Below, one piece after another: positions 31,374 through 32,000 of a DNA stretch of 32,000 nt. Location of the stretch: positions 6,480,001 through 6,512,000 of the forward strand of contig NZ_LN831039.1 in the NCBI RefSeq assembly GCF_001457595.1. The letters run 5' to 3'. The notes below the pieces were generated by a model that was given only the letters and a program-made list of their open reading frames with translations, made no database searches and had not been told where the DNA came from. Each line of letters starts with the position of its first letter. The first letter of the stretch is position 1. The translations under genes and the position numbers were made by a program. The DNA is from Mycolicibacterium smegmatis. Its GTDB lineage: Bacteria; Actinomycetota; Actinomycetes; Mycobacteriales; Mycobacteriaceae.

Positions 31374-32000
31374 CTATGCTGCCGGGTTCTGCCCGGCGGG
31401 CTCAACCGGAACGGACGATTCCGGCCGTTGTGGCTGTTCGTCGGCCGGTTCCGTGTCGCCCTCCGCGGGCGTGTCAGCGGTGTCGCTGGACTCGTCGGCC
31501 TTCTCGGTGGAACGTCCTGCGGGGCCGGAGCCGTGGGGTCCGCCGGGGCCCGCAGGAGGTTTCGCACCCTCGGCCACGACCACCCAGCGCCGCACACTGC
31601 GGCCCTGCGCCTCGGTGGCCTCGAAGCCCTGGAACACCCGGTAGGTCAGGAGCAGTGTCGTGAGCCCCAGCAGGTAGCCGATGATCACGGTCACGGTGTT
31701 GTCGGCGATGTTCTGCGGGGTGTTGTTGAAGAACGTGACGTACACGGTGCTGACGATCGACCACGTGGCCACGATGGCGCTGAGGACCCACACGATCCAC
31801 CACACCACGATGGGCCGGCGCAACAGCGTCATGCGGTTGTCCGCCCGCGCGAGCTCCAGCACGAACACCGGCGCCATGAACAAGTTGACCACCGGCGCCA
31901 GGGCGCAGATCCACAACTCCAGCGGGGAGCGTGGATCTTCCTGTCCGCGTTGCGAATACGCCTCGCGCCGCCGGGCGACCAGCCACGAGATCAGCATCAC
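31374..32000 (-). CDS. DUF4328-like membrane protein (Rv3843c-like), N-terminal part probably beyond the window
   Basis: Multi-TM ELWICALAPVVNLFMAPVFVLELARAD...VWWIVWVLSAIVATWS, hydrophilic Pro/Glu-rich C-tail; frame open to the window edge. Confidence 0.75.
   Translation of the reverse strand: MMLISWLVARRREAYSQRGQEDPRSPLELWICALAPVVNLFMAPVFVLELARADNRMTLLRRPIVVWWIVWVLSAIVATWSIVSTVYVTFFNNTPQNIADNTVTVIIGYLLGLTTLLLTYRVFQGFEATEAQGRSVRRWVVVAEGAKPPAGPGGPHGSGPAGRSTEKADESSDTADTPAEGDTEPADEQPQRPESSVPVEPAGQNPAA

Overview
This window looks like a core chromosomal segment of a fast-growing mycobacterium, most like Mycobacterium smegmatis. That is inferred from recalled protein and gene-order similarity; no database search was run. 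From left to right it holds the mycolic-acid/arabinogalactan cell-envelope cluster: fadD32 (partial), a Culp6-type cutinase/thioesterase, a DUF732-like lipoprotein, fbpD/MPT51, fbpA, and a second Ag85C-like mycolyltransferase. It continues with aftB, ubiA, a PAP2 phosphatase, glfT2, glf, erp and a PGRP-type amidase with LGFP repeats. Next come a HAD hydrolase and two PlsC-like acyltransferases, then a metallo-beta-lactamase/Rieske fusion with a small partner, a DUF5718-like gene, serS, a septum-formation-like membrane protein, a zincin-like protein and a Cys-rich mini-protein. The right end holds a phosphoglycerate mutase-like gene, pheA, a DUF2470/HugZ-like iron-regulated gene, a CPBP protease, an LCP-family protein, bfrB, a GlpQ-like phosphodiesterase and a partial DUF4328-like membrane protein. 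I found no CRISPR array, mobile element, tRNA or rRNA, and no defence or other exotic system. Most large ORFs in the supplied track that oppose these genes are GC-rich shadow ORFs. Items worth a second look are: the Ag85 paralogue trio with divergent catalytic and structural motifs; the MBL-Rieske fusion; the Cys-rich 62-aa ORF that overlaps its convergent neighbour; two tandem acyltransferases with a non-canonical YPEATISRS block; IdeR-like iron boxes in two places; a perfect 16-bp hairpin after fbpA; and several uncharacterised short palindromes in promoter regions.
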